Source: the human T2T-CHM13v2.0 reference genome, Homo sapiens
Assembly: GCF_009914755.1 (NCBI RefSeq)
Contig: NC_060930.1
Length of the DNA: 64,000 nt
Direction: 5' to 3' (one strand)
Below the pieces are notes generated by a model. The model saw only the letters and a program-made list of their open reading frames with translations, did not search any database and was not told the origin of the DNA. Made by a program: the position numbers and the translations under genes. Below are positions 1 through 16,163 of the stretch, piece after piece; position 1 is the stretch's first letter, and each line of letters starts with the position of its first letter.

Positions 1-1070
1 GTTTTCCATTAAGAAAACTGCAACTCACAATCTATTTAAATTACAATGCAAAAGTGAGGCCCCAGGACTAAAATGTGAATTTGAGAGGCTTAGATCTAGT
101 AAAGTGGTTTCCATCAGAAATGGCTGAGAAATGTGACTTTTGTTTGTTTATTTGTTTAGATTTTAGGATAGGAAGAAGCAGAAATAAAAACTCTTTAAAC
201 GTATTTTAGATTTTGTGATATGAAGACCTGGTATTTCTCTAGAGTTTCAAATGGAGTGTTTAGTCTTCTATGATGATGGTGATTGGTGTGGTCAAGATTA
301 TTATAACTAATTACAACCATTTGTAGGGAATGTTAAGCACTTCATAAAGCACTGGATTCATGGGTTTTGTGGTATACCCTTTTCTAAAGAATTTGGTTTT
401 TTCATCTTATGCTATCACAGACACTCCTTAAAAATATGCAGTCAAAAATACTATTTATATGTGCGGAAACCAAAACATCCATTGTTAAATGAGAGATCTC
501 GGGGCATCCAGGGTGTCGTTTGACCAGGGACATTGTCTCCTGACTCTTGTCCTGTTATAGTCACCACTGAATAAAGATCTCTCCCCACCCTGCCCCTTCC
601 TGCAGTTGCCTGTTAATGGCACCTAGCTTTCCTGTGCAATTTTAGTCATGCTTGCTTGGGCCTCCACTACCCTTACATTAGTGAAATGGCCTGGTCTTGA
701 GCTTGTAGGAGGCAGTGACATCACTGGGTAGAGGGAAGCACAATCTGTATCTACATGTTCCTCTATCGTTGAAAAGACTAGATTCCCTAACAGTTCTTCC
801 ATTCATAGCATTTAACTGTCCTTTCTAAAAGATCACCTTTCACCTTCCCACCACAGAAACTGCAAAGAGTTATAAACTCTTTAAGTTTAAAAAGTTGATA
901 TTAAAGAACAAGTCCTTGTTTTAGAATTAAAGTTCTCAGCTTGAAGGCTGTCCTATCTTCCCTGTAGCCCAAAGTGTATACTCTTGGCCAGCAAAGGTGA
1001 CCCACTAGCCACTGTTGTGGTAGAATTTTCCCAACAGGTACTAAAACCTGTGAAGTCAAAGAAAAGTGTG

Positions 1071-1356
1071 GGCCTGGTGCAGTGGCACATGCCTGTAATC
1101 CCAGCACTTTGGGAGGCCTAGGCAGGTGACCACGAGGTCAAGAGATCGAGACCATCCTGGCCAACATGCTGACACCCCGTCTCTACTAAAAATACAAAAA
1201 TTACCTGGGCGTGGTGGAGCGCACCTGTAGTCCCAGCTACTCGGGAGGCTGAGGCAGGAGAATCGCTTGAACCCAGGAGGTGGAGGTTGCAGTCAGCGAG
1301 ATCGTGCCGCTGCACTGCGGTCTGGCAAAAGAGCGAGACTGCACCTCAAAAAAAAA
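1071..1356 (+). mobile_element. Alu (AluS-like), full length
   Basis: GGCCTGGTGCAGTGGCACATGCCTGTAATCCCAGC start, A-rich linker, poly(A) tail. Confidence 0.9.
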
Positions 1357-3282
1357 GTGCGACTACTCTGCCAGCTCCCCATGCATTTGCTAGCTAATAA
1401 CAATTAAAAATTGAATTGAATTGAGTTGAATTGCACTAAATTGAAATGTCTTGAATGATGGCTGATTCGTGCTTGGGTAACAAATGTTTACTCATTTATT
1501 CATGCAAGAAAATCCTGCCATCATGAAGCTCATGGTCAAACAAATGTCTTTCAGAAAAGATTCCCAAGGGCACAGTGGGGATGGAGAAAAGCATTAGGAA
1601 ATCTAAAAAATATAGAGCCCATACTTGCCAAATAAATACGACAAGGTCAACCTTATCATAGCAATAGAGGAGGAAGTATATTAGAAGCAATGAAAAAATT
1701 ACACCTAAAATATGGCAACTTGAAATTTTTTAGGTTTTACTTACGGAGGCTTACATTTCTGTGCAACTAAAAGATTTCAAAAAAGGGACACATCGGAGGG
1801 ATCTTAGGGACATGCTTAAACATAATGAAGATTTTGGAATCAAAGCATGTGTTGCAGAGTAGGCTGTTCATTTTGGTTTGGGCTGGAATTATTTCCAGGA
1901 ACACAGATCGGCTAAGTTCATAAAACAAAAGCTCCAGTTCCAACAGTATGGACTTTGAGCAGATTTCACTACTCAGACCAGAACATAAACTTGAAAGGAA
2001 ACAAACAAGGCTCTATGTCCAACTCAAAGCTTTCCAGGGACAGGCCACTGGTGCTCAGATAAGTCTGGGTGGGAAACTGGGGTAGCCTAGCCAGAAGTAT
2101 TTTGTACACCTTCCCAAAGAGGAATTAGCTGTCCTTCTGCCCTCAACCCATCAGCTTGATTAGGGGCCTTTGGCAAGATGTACTGAATCCTGGCACCATC
2201 AAGAAGCCCAAAGGAACAACTGCTCACTTGGTACAGATGGCAGAAAGAAAGATGGGATGGGAGATCTGCTTTGATGCTCCACTGATTTTCTCCAGCAGAA
2301 TTTCTGCGGCATTTGAGACAAAACACCTTCCCTTTTGCTTGGTTTGAGTAATGTCAGTTTCTGTGGGTCTGAGTTATTTACTTAATATGGAAAAGTGGGA
2401 GAAGTGTCCCTGTATAATCTTAGAATGTCTGGAAACTCAAGGATAGAGACAAATTAAGCCCTAAAGTTCTTAGGCATTGAATCCTAGGGTCTGGAAATCA
2501 CTTCGGCTCTTTATAGAGACAGTGAACGGCAGTTAATACACTGCCCTCTGTACAAACTAGGAACATTCAGACCCAACGAACAAACTCAGTAGATATGTGA
2601 TGAATGAATGAATACTCAGACTTTATTTGAGAGAAATCAGTCAACATCATAAGCTCTCAATGGGTCTTTCAGGGCATGTTTTGGTCCTTTCTCTTCTTTA
2701 AGCATCGTAGATAACAAATCTTAGCTGAACTTGTCTTATCCCAGGACAACAGTGAAATGAGCCAAAAGTAGGAGTGCCAGGTCTAGATCAGCTACAAAGT
2801 GAATAAAGAGCCCAGCCACTATTAAATGTTGGTCAAAGTTTGGCAACATGGTTGAGCTCTTCTGAGAAACAGAGATAGTTTAATGACCAGACTCCTGGGG
2901 CCAAGAACCAGGAGAAGGAAGCCATGTTCCCTCGGCTCAACCAAACACATTTGCACTGTTTCCTCCAGCAACAATGTGCCTCTTCTCATCTTGATTTCTT
3001 CACTCTTGCTATCCCAAACTCTTGAAATGCCCTCATATAAAACCCCCACCTGTTGAAACCCGGCTTGTGCTTCCTCGTCCAGCTGAACTCAGAAGGTACC
3101 TCCTTCATGAGCCCTTTTCAGTCTGAAGTAATTTCTCCTTCTTTTGAGCCTCTATAGTGCCTTTGTATCTCAGGGTACTTAGATAATTCTTTGCAACAAT
3201 ATTATTAGTAAGCTTGTCTTATCCATCCTACTAGAGGGATTATAAGCTTCTGGAGAAAAAAGGACTAGTATTTGTAATACTA

Positions 3283-3607
3283 ATACACATGCATACATAT
3301 ACACACTAGATACATACACACACAGTATATACACACAAACGTTATATATATGGTATGTATGTATATATACAGATACATCATATGATGTATATGGTATGTA
3401 TGTATATATACAGATACATCATATGATGTATACGGTATATATGTATATACACATGTCATATGATGTATATGGTATACATGTATATATACACATGTCATAT
3501 GATGCATATGATATATATGTATATATACACATATATCATATGATGTATATGGTATATGTGTATATATACATATTTATCATATGATGTATGTAATTTAGTG
3601 TATATAT
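3283..3607. repeat. TA/CA-rich low-complexity minisatellite (~36-38 bp degenerate unit, e.g. CATATGATGTATATGGTAT...)
   Basis: Repeated catatgatgtata/gtatatatacac blocks. Confidence 0.9.
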
Positions 3608-3837
3608 TACATTTAGTAGTAGTAATATTATAGTGATTCTAATCTCCCTGGCCTGCTACAGTCTCAGGAACACAATGGATGTCAATGGACATTAGTTCAG
3701 TAAACTAAGTGCCAACACTTGGCACAGAAAAATGCCCTATAGAAGGGCTCATTCACCTTTCCTCTAAGAACTTTTTGGTCACCTACTCATGTAATCAAGA
3801 TGTCAGCAGGGTCTTCCTGCCCTCAGAGATTTGATCA

Positions 3838-4452
<615 letters not shown>

Positions 4453-6011
4453 CTACCACTCACTCTTCCCCTCCCCTCATTATTCCAGAGTTCTAAATAA
4501 GTCTCTTCTCCCTGCCTTATACAGGCAACTATGCCCATGCCATACCAGGTCCCTTGGGGTTTACATCTACTGCTTCAAATGGCTTATTAAAGTATTTCTT
4601 CCAGACCCAGACAATATCTGCTCAAGAATTCTGGAACATATTTGCTCCCTTCTTTGCCTGACAATCTGCCATTGTATTGAACCATAATATAAGAAGCCCA
4701 TTTAGGGACTCTCTGGTTTTCCACATTCCTAGAGCCAGACTGTACCGAGTATTAATCTTTTTAGCTTTTTCACCTCAGTATTCCTGGTTTCCAATTCTTA
4801 GCTCCTAGATCTCATGCATTCATTCTTTCATTTATCTGAGAACCTATTATACTATGGACCATGAACTTATTTTACAAAAACAATTAAGACAAATCTCTTG
4901 TATTCAGGGACCTGGTTAAAATTAAGTCTGACTTACCTATTTGCTCAGCTGCTCCAAGGGAAATAGTTCCAGGTGTTACCTGTTATGCTAAGAGGAAGCT
5001 GCCCCTTACAACAACCTGAGACTCAGTGACCAAGGTACAAATTCCTATAATTTTAATAGAAACTTGGCCAGGCTGTGGTTTCAGTTTCTTAGATTAGCAG
5101 AGGGAATTAGTAATACAATTAAACTTAAGACTAACTGAATGGCAGACCAAAAGAAATAGCTGAAAGCCAGAGTAACTAGCCGAAGGATGAAGAATGGGTT
5201 AATTTATCCAGTCATTTTGGAACAGATGAGGACACTCTGAAAATAGCCTTCCTTTTATAACATTTGGAAATGTTCTTGTTAAGACCAAATATTTCTCTTC
5301 CTTGAATATAAATACCTTCCTTTAAATATCCTTGAAACGTCTGATGAACGTCTAGAGTTAAAACACTATGTACTTTCATTAATTATCAAAGAAGGAGCCA
5401 AATATTTTGAAATGCTTGTAATACTTTAATGCAGCCATATCAAGATCAAATCTATTTTCTGACTTATTGAATTGTAGAAAAAGAGAACTAGCTGTATTAA
5501 AAATAGAGTGGCTTGTGCTGACTCCGTAAGGGAAAATATGAAAGGGAGTTAATAGTTATTAAGTATTCCTATGTACCAAGTGCTATGCTGGTCATTTTAT
5601 GTGGTGTTCTATTATCCCATTATCCACATATCCCTGGGGGAAATCTCCTTAAAGTAGATATTGTATTTTTGTTCCCACTTTACAGATAAGGAGATGGAAG
5701 TGAAGAGTGGAACCAAACCTGTGACTGCAAAGCTTGTTCTCTTTAACGATGGTTCATTTTCAACAGGGTATTTATTTGTCTCCTTATAGAATTCATGTGT
5801 GAAATCATGACTATCCCCTACCTTTGCAGAATTCCAAAGATACTTTGTCTACAAATTATTAACCTGTAACTCACAATTTCACAGGTAGTTTTATTTGTAT
5901 GAGGATTATAGTTAGGACACATTAATTTGTAGGAGAAAAATATATTCCTCGTATTTTTTAGGGAGGTATAGTCAGAGGGTTGTGGAACTGTGGATGGGCT
6001 GTTTACAGTCC

Positions 6012-6228
6012 TTTTATTTATTTATTTATTTATTTATTATTATTATACTTTAAGTTTTAGGATACATGTGCACAACGTGCAGGTTTGTTACATATGTATA
6101 CATGTGCCATGTTGGTGTGCTGCACCCATTAACTCGTCATTTAGCATTAGATATATCTCCCAATGCTATCCCTCCCCCCTCCCCCCACCCCACAACAGTC
6201 CCCGGTGTGTGATGTTCCCCTTCCTGTG
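6012..6228 (-). mobile_element. L1PA 3'-end fragment (heavily 5'-truncated) with TSD
   Basis: TTATTATACTTTAAGTTTTAGG..CATGTGCACAACGTGCAGG L1PA 3' UTR; TACAGTCCTTTT on both flanks. Confidence 0.9.
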
Positions 6229-6644
6229 TACAGTCCTTTTTTTGTCTGAACTTATCACATTTTGTGTTAAACAACACTAACCTAGCAGCTGATAAAATCT
6301 GATGCTTTAAAACTCAAAGGGATTCTAGAGGTTGTCTAGTCTGGTATTCCTCATGTGTTGGTCTGTACACAGGCTACATGAGAATTATTTGGTTAGTGAT
6401 TTCCAAATACAGATTCCTGGGGCCCTCTCTGGGCCTTCTTTACAAAAGCTTAAAGGCAGGACACTGGGAATCTTAATTTTAAGGTTTCTAAATTGATTAT
6501 TGGGCATAGCCTGGTTTTGCTACCTCTTATCCAAGACCATCTCTAACTCAGTGGAGGAATCCTGTCCTACACACCTCTGACCTGTAAGCAGGCAAGGCAG
6601 TCTCATCAGGGACACACACAGGAACAATCTTGGAGAAAGTGTGT

Positions 6645-7125
6645 TTTTTTGTTTTGTTTTGTTTTTTTGGAGACAGGGTCTCACTCTGTCACCCAGGCAG
6701 GGGTGCAGTGGTGCAATCTCAGCTCACTGCAACCTCCGCCTCCTGAGTTCAAGCAATTCTCCTGTCTCAGCCTCACAGGTAGCTAGGACCACAGGCGTGC
6801 ACCACCATGCCTGGCTAATTTTTTGTATTTTTAATAGAGACGGGCGATCTCACTATGTTGCCCAGGCTGGTCTTGAACTGCTGAGCTCAGGCAATCCGCC
6901 CACCTCGGCTTCCCAAAGTGCTAGGATTATAGGGATAAGCTACCACACCCAGCTGGAGAAAGTGTGTTTTAATGGGGTAATAATATATTTCATTTTATTT
7001 ATTTTTTGAAGAGAGAAGATCCCACTATGTTGCCCAGGCTGATCTTGAACACTTGGGCTCAAGTGATCCTCCCTCCCCAGCCTCCTGAGTAGCTGGGATT
7101 ACGAGCATGAGCCAGTGCACTCAGC
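6645..7125 (-). mobile_element. Alu plus adjacent Alu monomer
   Basis: Reverse-complement Alu 6645-6952 with flanking TGGAGAAAGTGTGTTTT repeat; monomer ~6990-7125. Confidence 0.85.
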
Positions 7126-7159
7126 TGCTGGGATAACACTAGGTTTAAAAATCCTTTCT

Positions 7160-7605
<446 letters not shown>

Positions 7606-7938
7606 TTAGAAATAATTTTAAATTTATAACAGACTGTCAAGGATTCTATAGAGAACTCCCCTATTCCCTTTACCCAAATTCACCATATCCATTTTTAACA
7701 TTTTGACACACTTGAGCTCTTGTGTGTGCATGCACTCTCTCCTCACTCTCTCTGTCTGCACAGACACACACATTAAGTTTTTCTGGGTCATTTAAAAGTA
7801 CTTTGCAGACTTCATGACCCTTTACTCCTCAGCGTATATTTTTTCAGTGTATATTTTCTAAGAACAAGAAAGTAATAAAATTCAGATAACTTAATATTGA
7901 CATAATACCTTAATCTATAATCTTATGCCAAATTTACC

Positions 7939-8078
7939 AATTGTCCTAATAATATCCTTTAAAGCAGTTTTTGGTACATTATCCAGTCCAATAACACACT
8001 GATGTCCTAATAATTGTCCTAATAATATCCTTTAAAGCAGTTTTTGGTACATTATCCAGTCCAATAACACACTGATGT
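7939..8078. repeat. Perfect 67-bp tandem duplication with 6-bp spacer
   Basis: 7939-8005 identical to 8012-8078. Confidence 0.9.
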
Positions 8079-9059
8079 TCCTTAGAGGCTCTAGGGAACA
8101 AATGCATTATTTCGAAAACGTTTCATTGTCACAAATTACTTTATTTTTAATGTGGGCTTTGAATAGTTTATTCTAGAACCAACCACCCCATTCCTCTTAA
8201 AGAGATCAGCCTAGTCTTGAAAAGTCCAGGTTTGTGAAGACACATTTCCTTACCCATTCTCTGAAGTGTCAAGTTCCTATTTCAAACACATACACACAAA
8301 AAAAATTCAGAGGAAAATATTTGGAAATGTTCCTATTTGTTGTGTGCCCGTGGCCTAGGAGGTGACAAGAAACAAAATTGTTCCCTGCTTCTCTGTCAAA
8401 ATCCTGGCATGTAGACCCTCTGTTTTCTCAATTCGTTATAGAATTTCAACTGCTGAATGAGCATTCTTTAACCTGAGCTGACCATTTGGAATTTAAAATT
8501 AGCAGAGTAATTATATTTACTGGGCCACTGATTCAAGGGAAATTGAGCTCAGCTGATGAATTTGCATGTCGTGAAATGGGTCATGACAGCAGATGGTCTT
8601 CCAAGAAGCAAAAAATAACTTTGAAGTTGGTTGCTCTTTCTCCTTGACTTCTTCCATTGAACCCCGCTGCAATAATGTGAATGCTGAAAGCAGGTCAAGT
8701 GAATTTGGGATGTCTGGATGGATAATCAAGGAGAGTTGTTAGTTGTCAAAGAAGAATATTTTGATCTTAAAATCAATCACCATATATCGAGATCTGATTA
8801 TAAAGCTAATGCTGTGTTCAATCACCATCATCATTAACATTTATTAAGCGCTCGCTTGCACAGGTGCTATTCTAAATGCTTTACATGTATTGACTTGTTT
8901 AATCTGCACCAAAACCTATAAGCAAGGATTATTATCATCTGCATTTTACAAATGAGAAAATTGAAAGTAAGAAAATAAATTGACCAAGTTCAAATAAGGT
9001 GTTTTGGTTTTTGCTTTTTGTCATATGAAATAAGTGAAGCCTGAGGAGATTTTGTCTAT

Positions 9060-10625
<1,566 letters not shown>

Positions 10626-10828
10626 TTAATATGGTTCACACATCCAGAAATGCAAGTTTATTTGTGGCTGTATGATATAATGCAATGTTTCTTAAAATAC
10701 ATTCTTTGCAACATTAGTTCCAAATAATAGACTGGTTCCCATTAATAGATTTCCTTCATATAACAGATTCTGAGATTAGATTAGAAAATGCTAAAGTAGG
10801 CAGCAAAACGGCTGAATAGAAGGTTCTG

Positions 10829-11110
10829 GGCCAGGTGCACTGGCTCACATCTGTAATCCCAACACTTTGGGAGGCTGAGGCAGCCAGATCACCTGAGGTT
10901 GGGAGTTCGAGACCAGCCTGACCAACATGGAGAAACCCCATCTCTACTAAAAATACAAAATTAGCCAGGCGTGGTGGTGCATGCCTGTAATCCCAGCTAC
11001 TTGGTAAGCTGAGGCAGAATAGCTTGAACCCCGGAGGTGGAGGTTGTGGTGAGCCGAGATTGCGTCATTGCACTCCAGCCTGGGCAACAGAAACTCCATC
11101 TCAAAAAAAA
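10829..11110 (+). mobile_element. Alu (AluS-like)
   Basis: Dimeric Alu consensus match. Confidence 0.9.
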
Positions 11111-11119
11111 TTTTCACCA

Positions 11120-11491
11120 GTTGTCTCCCAAGAACATCAAACTTAATAACTACACAAAAAAACACCTTCATAATAACCAAAAATCAGAAAAGCACCCCCA
11201 GTATGTGGTTTTAACTTATGAAAGAGCTACTGAAGAGAGTCTTGAATTGCTGACGCCTCTCCCTCATACCATAGTAGTTGTGTAGCCCATGGAGAGAATC
11301 TATGTGCTCAGGAAGAGGGAGAGCACAGCGATTGTTACACTTTGCTTTGAACTCAGTGCTGCCCTGTCACAGTAGAAAACAAAAGCGGGCTGAACCAAGC
11401 CGAGGCCGCTCCACAGAGAAAGCATTTAGACCACCCCTAGCCAAAGGGAAATCAGAATCGCCCATCCCAGCAGTTCAGAATTGAGTTCTGA
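11120..11491 (+). mobile_element. Probable L1 (L1PB/L1MA-type) 5' UTR fragment
   Basis: GAACTCAGTGCTGCCCTGTCACAG and AGCATTTAGACCACCCCTAGCC motifs recalled from old L1 5' ends. Confidence 0.55.
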
Positions 11492-13246
11492 TGTGTCCGG
11501 AATTGATGGGTTGTCTCACTGACTTCAAGGAAAAAGCCGCAGATCTCCGTGGTGGGTGCTAAAATTCTTAAAGGTGGTGTGTCTGGAGTATGTTCCTTTT
11601 CATGTTCAGACGTGTGCAGTTTACGGGGGTGGGGAGGTTCTAGGTCTCGCTGGCTCAGGAGTGAACCTGCAGACCTTCACGGTGAGTGTTAGAGCTCCTA
11701 AGGTGGCGCAGCTGGAGTTGTTTGTTTCTACCCGTGAGTTCGTGATATTATTAGCTTCAACAAAGAAGCTGCAGACCTTCATGGTGAGTGTTAGGGCTCA
11801 TAAATGCAACGTAGACCCAAACAGTGAGCAGTAGCAAGATTTATTGCAAAGAATGAAAGAACAAAGCTCCCACTGTGGGGAAAGGAACCCAAACACGTTG
11901 CCACTGCTGTTTCTGGCAGCCTGCTTTTATTCTCTTATGTGGCCCCACCCACATAAGAGAGGGCGCTAAGCCCCTCACTGCCCGGGGTGGCAGAGCAGGC
12001 TGGCTGCTCCCAGTGCGGGGCGGTGGGGGGGGCGCAGTGGGGCGGGGGGGGGGGCACGCCCACCCGGAACTCTAGCTGATTGGTCCACTTTACAGACAGT
12101 CGATTGGTCTGTTTTACAGAGAGCTGATAGGTCCGTTTTGACAGGGTGCTGATTGGTGAGTTTACAATCCCTGAGCTAGACACAAAAGTTCTCCACATCC
12201 CCACTAGATTAGCTAGATACAGAGTGCTGATTGGTGTATTCACAATCCCTTAGCTAGACATAAAGATTCTCCAAGTCCCTACCAGATTAACTAGATACAG
12301 AGTGCCAATTGGTGCATCCACAAACCCTGAGCTAGACACAGGGTGCTGACTGGTGTGTTTACAAACTTTGAGCTAGATACAGAGTGCTGATTGGTGTATT
12401 CACAATCCCTTAGCTAGACATAAAGATTCTCCAAGTCCCCACCAGATTAGCTAGATACAGAGTGCCAATTGGTGTATCCACACACCCTGAGGTGGACACA
12501 GGGTGCTGATTGGTGTGTTTACAAACCTTGAGCTAGATACAGAGTGCTGATTGGTGTATTTATGAGCCCTTAGCTAGACATAAAGGTTCTCCAAATCCCC
12601 ACCGGACTAAAGAGCCCAGCTGGCTTCACCCAGTGGATCTCGCACCGGGGCCCCCGGTGGAGCTGCTCTGCCGGTCCCGCGCCCTAGGCCCATACTTCTC
12701 ACCCCTTGGGCGGTCGATGGGACCGGGCGCCGTGGAGCAGGAGGCGGCGCTCGTCGGGGAGGTTCAGGCCGCACAGGAGCCCAAGGCGGGGGTCGGAGAC
12801 TCAGGCATGGCGGGGTGTAGGTCCCGAGCCCTGCCCCGCGGGGAGGCAGCTAAGGCTCGGCGAGAAATCGAGCGCAGCGCCAGCGGGCCAGCATTTCTAG
12901 GGAACCCAGCGCACTCCCCGCAGCTGTTGGCTCAGGTGCACTGCCCGGGGCTGGTGGGGCGGGCCGGCTGCTCCCAGTGCGGGCCCGCCAAGCCCACGCC
13001 CACCCGGAAATCTAGCTGGCCTGCAAGCGCCCTGCGCAGCCCCGGTTCCCACCCTTGCCTGTCTCCCCACACCTCCCCACAGGCTGAGGGAGCCGGCTCT
13101 GGCCTCGGCTATCCCAGGAAAGGGTTCCCACAGCGCAGCGGTGGGCTGAAGGGCTCCTCAAGCGCGGCCAGAGTGGGCGTCGAGGCCGAGGAGGCGCCAA
13201 GAGCGAGCGAGGGCTGTGAGGGCTGCCAGCTTTCTGTCACTTCTCA
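11492..13246 (-). mobile_element. ERV9 solo LTR (LTR12 family)
   Basis: Termini TGTGTCCGGAATT / CTGTCACTTCTCA; ~41-bp CTGATTGGTG..AGCTAGA(T/C)ACAG tandem repeats; GC-rich U3. Confidence 0.93.
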
Positions 13247-13487
13247 GTACCATCTCAGCTCACTACAACCTCTGCCTCCTGGGGTCAAGCCGTCCTCCCA
13301 CCTCAGCCTTCCGAGTAGCTGGGACTGCAAGTGCATGCCACCACACCGGGCTAATTTTTGCATGTTTTATAAAGACGGGGTTCTGCCATGTTGCCCAAGC
13401 TGGTCTTGAACTCCTGAGCTCAAGCGATCCACCTTCCTCAGCCTCCCAAAGTGCCGGGATTATAAGCACGAGCCACTGCACCAGGCC
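13247..13487 (-). mobile_element. Alu lacking its 3' end, abutting LTR12
   Basis: Begins mid right arm (CATCTCAGCTCACTACAACCTC) directly after the LTR terminus. Confidence 0.85.
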
Positions 13488-15857
13488 AGATCAGTTTTTG
13501 CTTTAAGAGACAATAATCAGGGTAGGATGGCTTTAGGGAATCTGTGCTGTTGTGTTTGTATACATTTTTCTGGGAAGAAGTTTCATACATTTTGTTAGAT
13601 TCTTCAAGTCATTTGGGACCAAATAAATTTAAAAACAATTATTGTGGTCAAACTAGATGTATATGTGTTTGTTCATTTGTTTTTCTGCAGCATCCTCAAA
13701 GTGTGGGGTGGAGAAGGCTTTTAGGACCAGTTCTAATTTAGATCATGCCTTGTCTTTGTCGAGTGTTTCTGTCAAACTCATCTGGATATTTAAACCAAAA
13801 GCCTTGAACTTTTGTAAATTTAATAGCAAGGAAAAAATACCAAGAGCAAGGTTGAAGACTTAAGACTGAAATACATTCCTGTTCTGTTTCAATTGCAATA
13901 AGAAACTCCTTGATTTTGAATTAAGTGGTGGGTTTAGAGGAAAGAACAAGTACAATGGGGTAGGGAGGGCTTATCTTTGGAAAGCTCAGTTCAAGCTAGT
14001 TAAAAATCCTAATTTCAAATTTAAAGTATTACTGCACAATCATTTTATTATGTGCATTGTATAGTTAAAAATATAAATGTTCACTAATAATGGAAAGTGA
14101 GAGAAGTTAATGAAGAGATTATACTTCAAAGTAATGATATTAATCAGTCCTAAGCCTTCAATATATTAATACAAAAGAATTAATTCATTTGGAAGAATGT
14201 TCATTAAAGGAACATTTTTTTAAGTCACAAGATCCTCCTGCCACTAACTTTCTAAGAGGTCACCCCACTTTCCTCCCCAAAGCTTAATACACCTTTTCGT
14301 GCCGTAATATGTTCATTTCCCATTTCCATGGCTCCTTGAGGTCTGGCTTCACCAAATGCTCTCACAGCTCTGTATTTTGGCTTCTTTCCTCTGGGCATTT
14401 ATTACTGACCCCCTCAAATCATCACTGAAAAGTGTGTGATGATTTTTGGTGGTCTAGGAGCTGGATGGAGCTTGTATCCTTTTGCACAACACACAAGCAG
14501 CTATAGGCCAAGCCTACTCAGAGCCCAGAGGTTTCTTCGGGGTCTGCTTCTGTGCTTGACTGTGCAGTCAGCAGCCTCACTGTGAGCCCAGCTGGCTGCT
14601 CTGCTGCACTGTCTGCACTTAGTGAGCATTGCCTTATGGAGCCGTCACCAGCAAATCTGCCACGGACGTCCCTGTGGCAATAGGGGCCCAGGACACCGTG
14701 TATAGGGTACCAAGAAAGAAACCCCTTATCCCCAACAATTCCTAGATTCTATTTTAACCAAGCAGTTTGCTCCTTTTCCCTGATCAGCTAGTTTACAGGA
14801 ATTGCTAACATGGAGCAAGATTATTTTTATCCTCTTTTCATTCTTTCTTTCAACCATTTGGCATCAGCTGAGCAGTAACATCACCAAAAGTCTGGAAATC
14901 TTTAAAAAGAGGAGAGGCACTAGGCCAGTGAATCCATGAATTGGATAATCGGCCCCTGAATAATTAGGACCAGACTGTACAGTAAACAACACCCCCCTCC
15001 CCGGGAGTCAACAGCACGCCCAGCCATAAACTCTCCCTGCTGGAGATGCAAGAGTTTTCCTTCTGCCGGCAACGCCCCCAATCCTGCCCTGCATTCAAGA
15101 CCACAAACAATTCCCCTTCAGCTCGGACATATCTTTCCTCACGTGGAGCGAATTTTCTGGACTTGAATGTGAATGCGACATGCTGACCTGGAATTTGCAT
15201 AAGCTCCGCTTCATGTCTCTAAGTTTGCTTCAGTGAACAGATTTTGTATCTGCTGGCAAAGGCAGGCAGTGGCACTCGGAGACAGGGGCATTTGAAACCA
15301 CATTTTTTGGCTCATTAAAGCCATTCCGCCGATGTTGCTCCTCATGTCATTCAATCTATTCTCAAGCCGTTTTCTCAATGGTGCACTTCAGGGAGGTTGG
15401 GCACGGATTTTGCTCGGAACTGGATCGTGTCCATAAGTCTCGTCAGGGCCAGTTTATTCTCAGGCTCTGGCAACCTTTGAATAGCTCTTCCACCTTTGGG
15501 GGCTCCCACACAAAGCCTGCTCTGCGCAGTTTGCCCATGAACCAAGATATTTGTTTCATCTTGTTTCTGAAGTCATGGGTGTCTTGACATTGCTCCCAAA
15601 GCGGGAGCAGGATCTGTTTCCACCTCACAGCAAATAGCCACTACAAATATGTACAAACTCAGAAATCACGTTGGATGTCTTGCCTATCCAGGCTGGTCAG
15701 AGAAGGGCTACAGGCACAGAGTGCTTTCAAGAAAACATGCCTGACTTGGAGCTTTCCTCATTAATTAGGGTGCTTACAGAATTTGCTCACTCCAAGTCTG
15801 AAAAGAAAACAGCTTACTTCATTGGTAGACTGAAAAACTGGCCGACTTTCTCTTCTC

Positions 15858-16163
15858 TTTTTTTTTTTTTTTTTTTTTTTTGTGAGACAGAGTCTTGCTC
15901 TGTAGCCCAGGCTGGAGTGCAGTGGCGCCATCTCGCCTCACTGCAACCCCCACCTCCGGGTTCAAGCAATTATCCTGCCTCAGCCTCCCAAGTAGCTGGG
16001 ATTACAGGCACGCGCCACCATGCCCAGCTAACTTTTTGTATTTGTAGTAGAAACGGGGTTTCACCATATTAGTCAGGCTGGTCTCGAACTCCTGACCTCG
16101 TGATCCACCTGCCTCGGCCTCCCAAAGTGCTGGGATTACAGGCATGAGCCACGGCACTCGGTC
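15858..16163 (-). mobile_element. Alu (AluS-like) with TSD
   Basis: CGACTTTCTCTTC on both flanks. Confidence 0.9.

Noticed and set aside
12078-12600. Regularly spaced ~41-bp repeats resembling a CRISPR array
   Set aside because: No unique spacers; these are the known ERV9 LTR U3 tandem repeats in a primate genome
12633-13409. 258-aa ORF
   Set aside because: Antisense read through GC-rich LTR12 U3 into an Alu; no recognisable domain; low stop frequency is expected from the base composition
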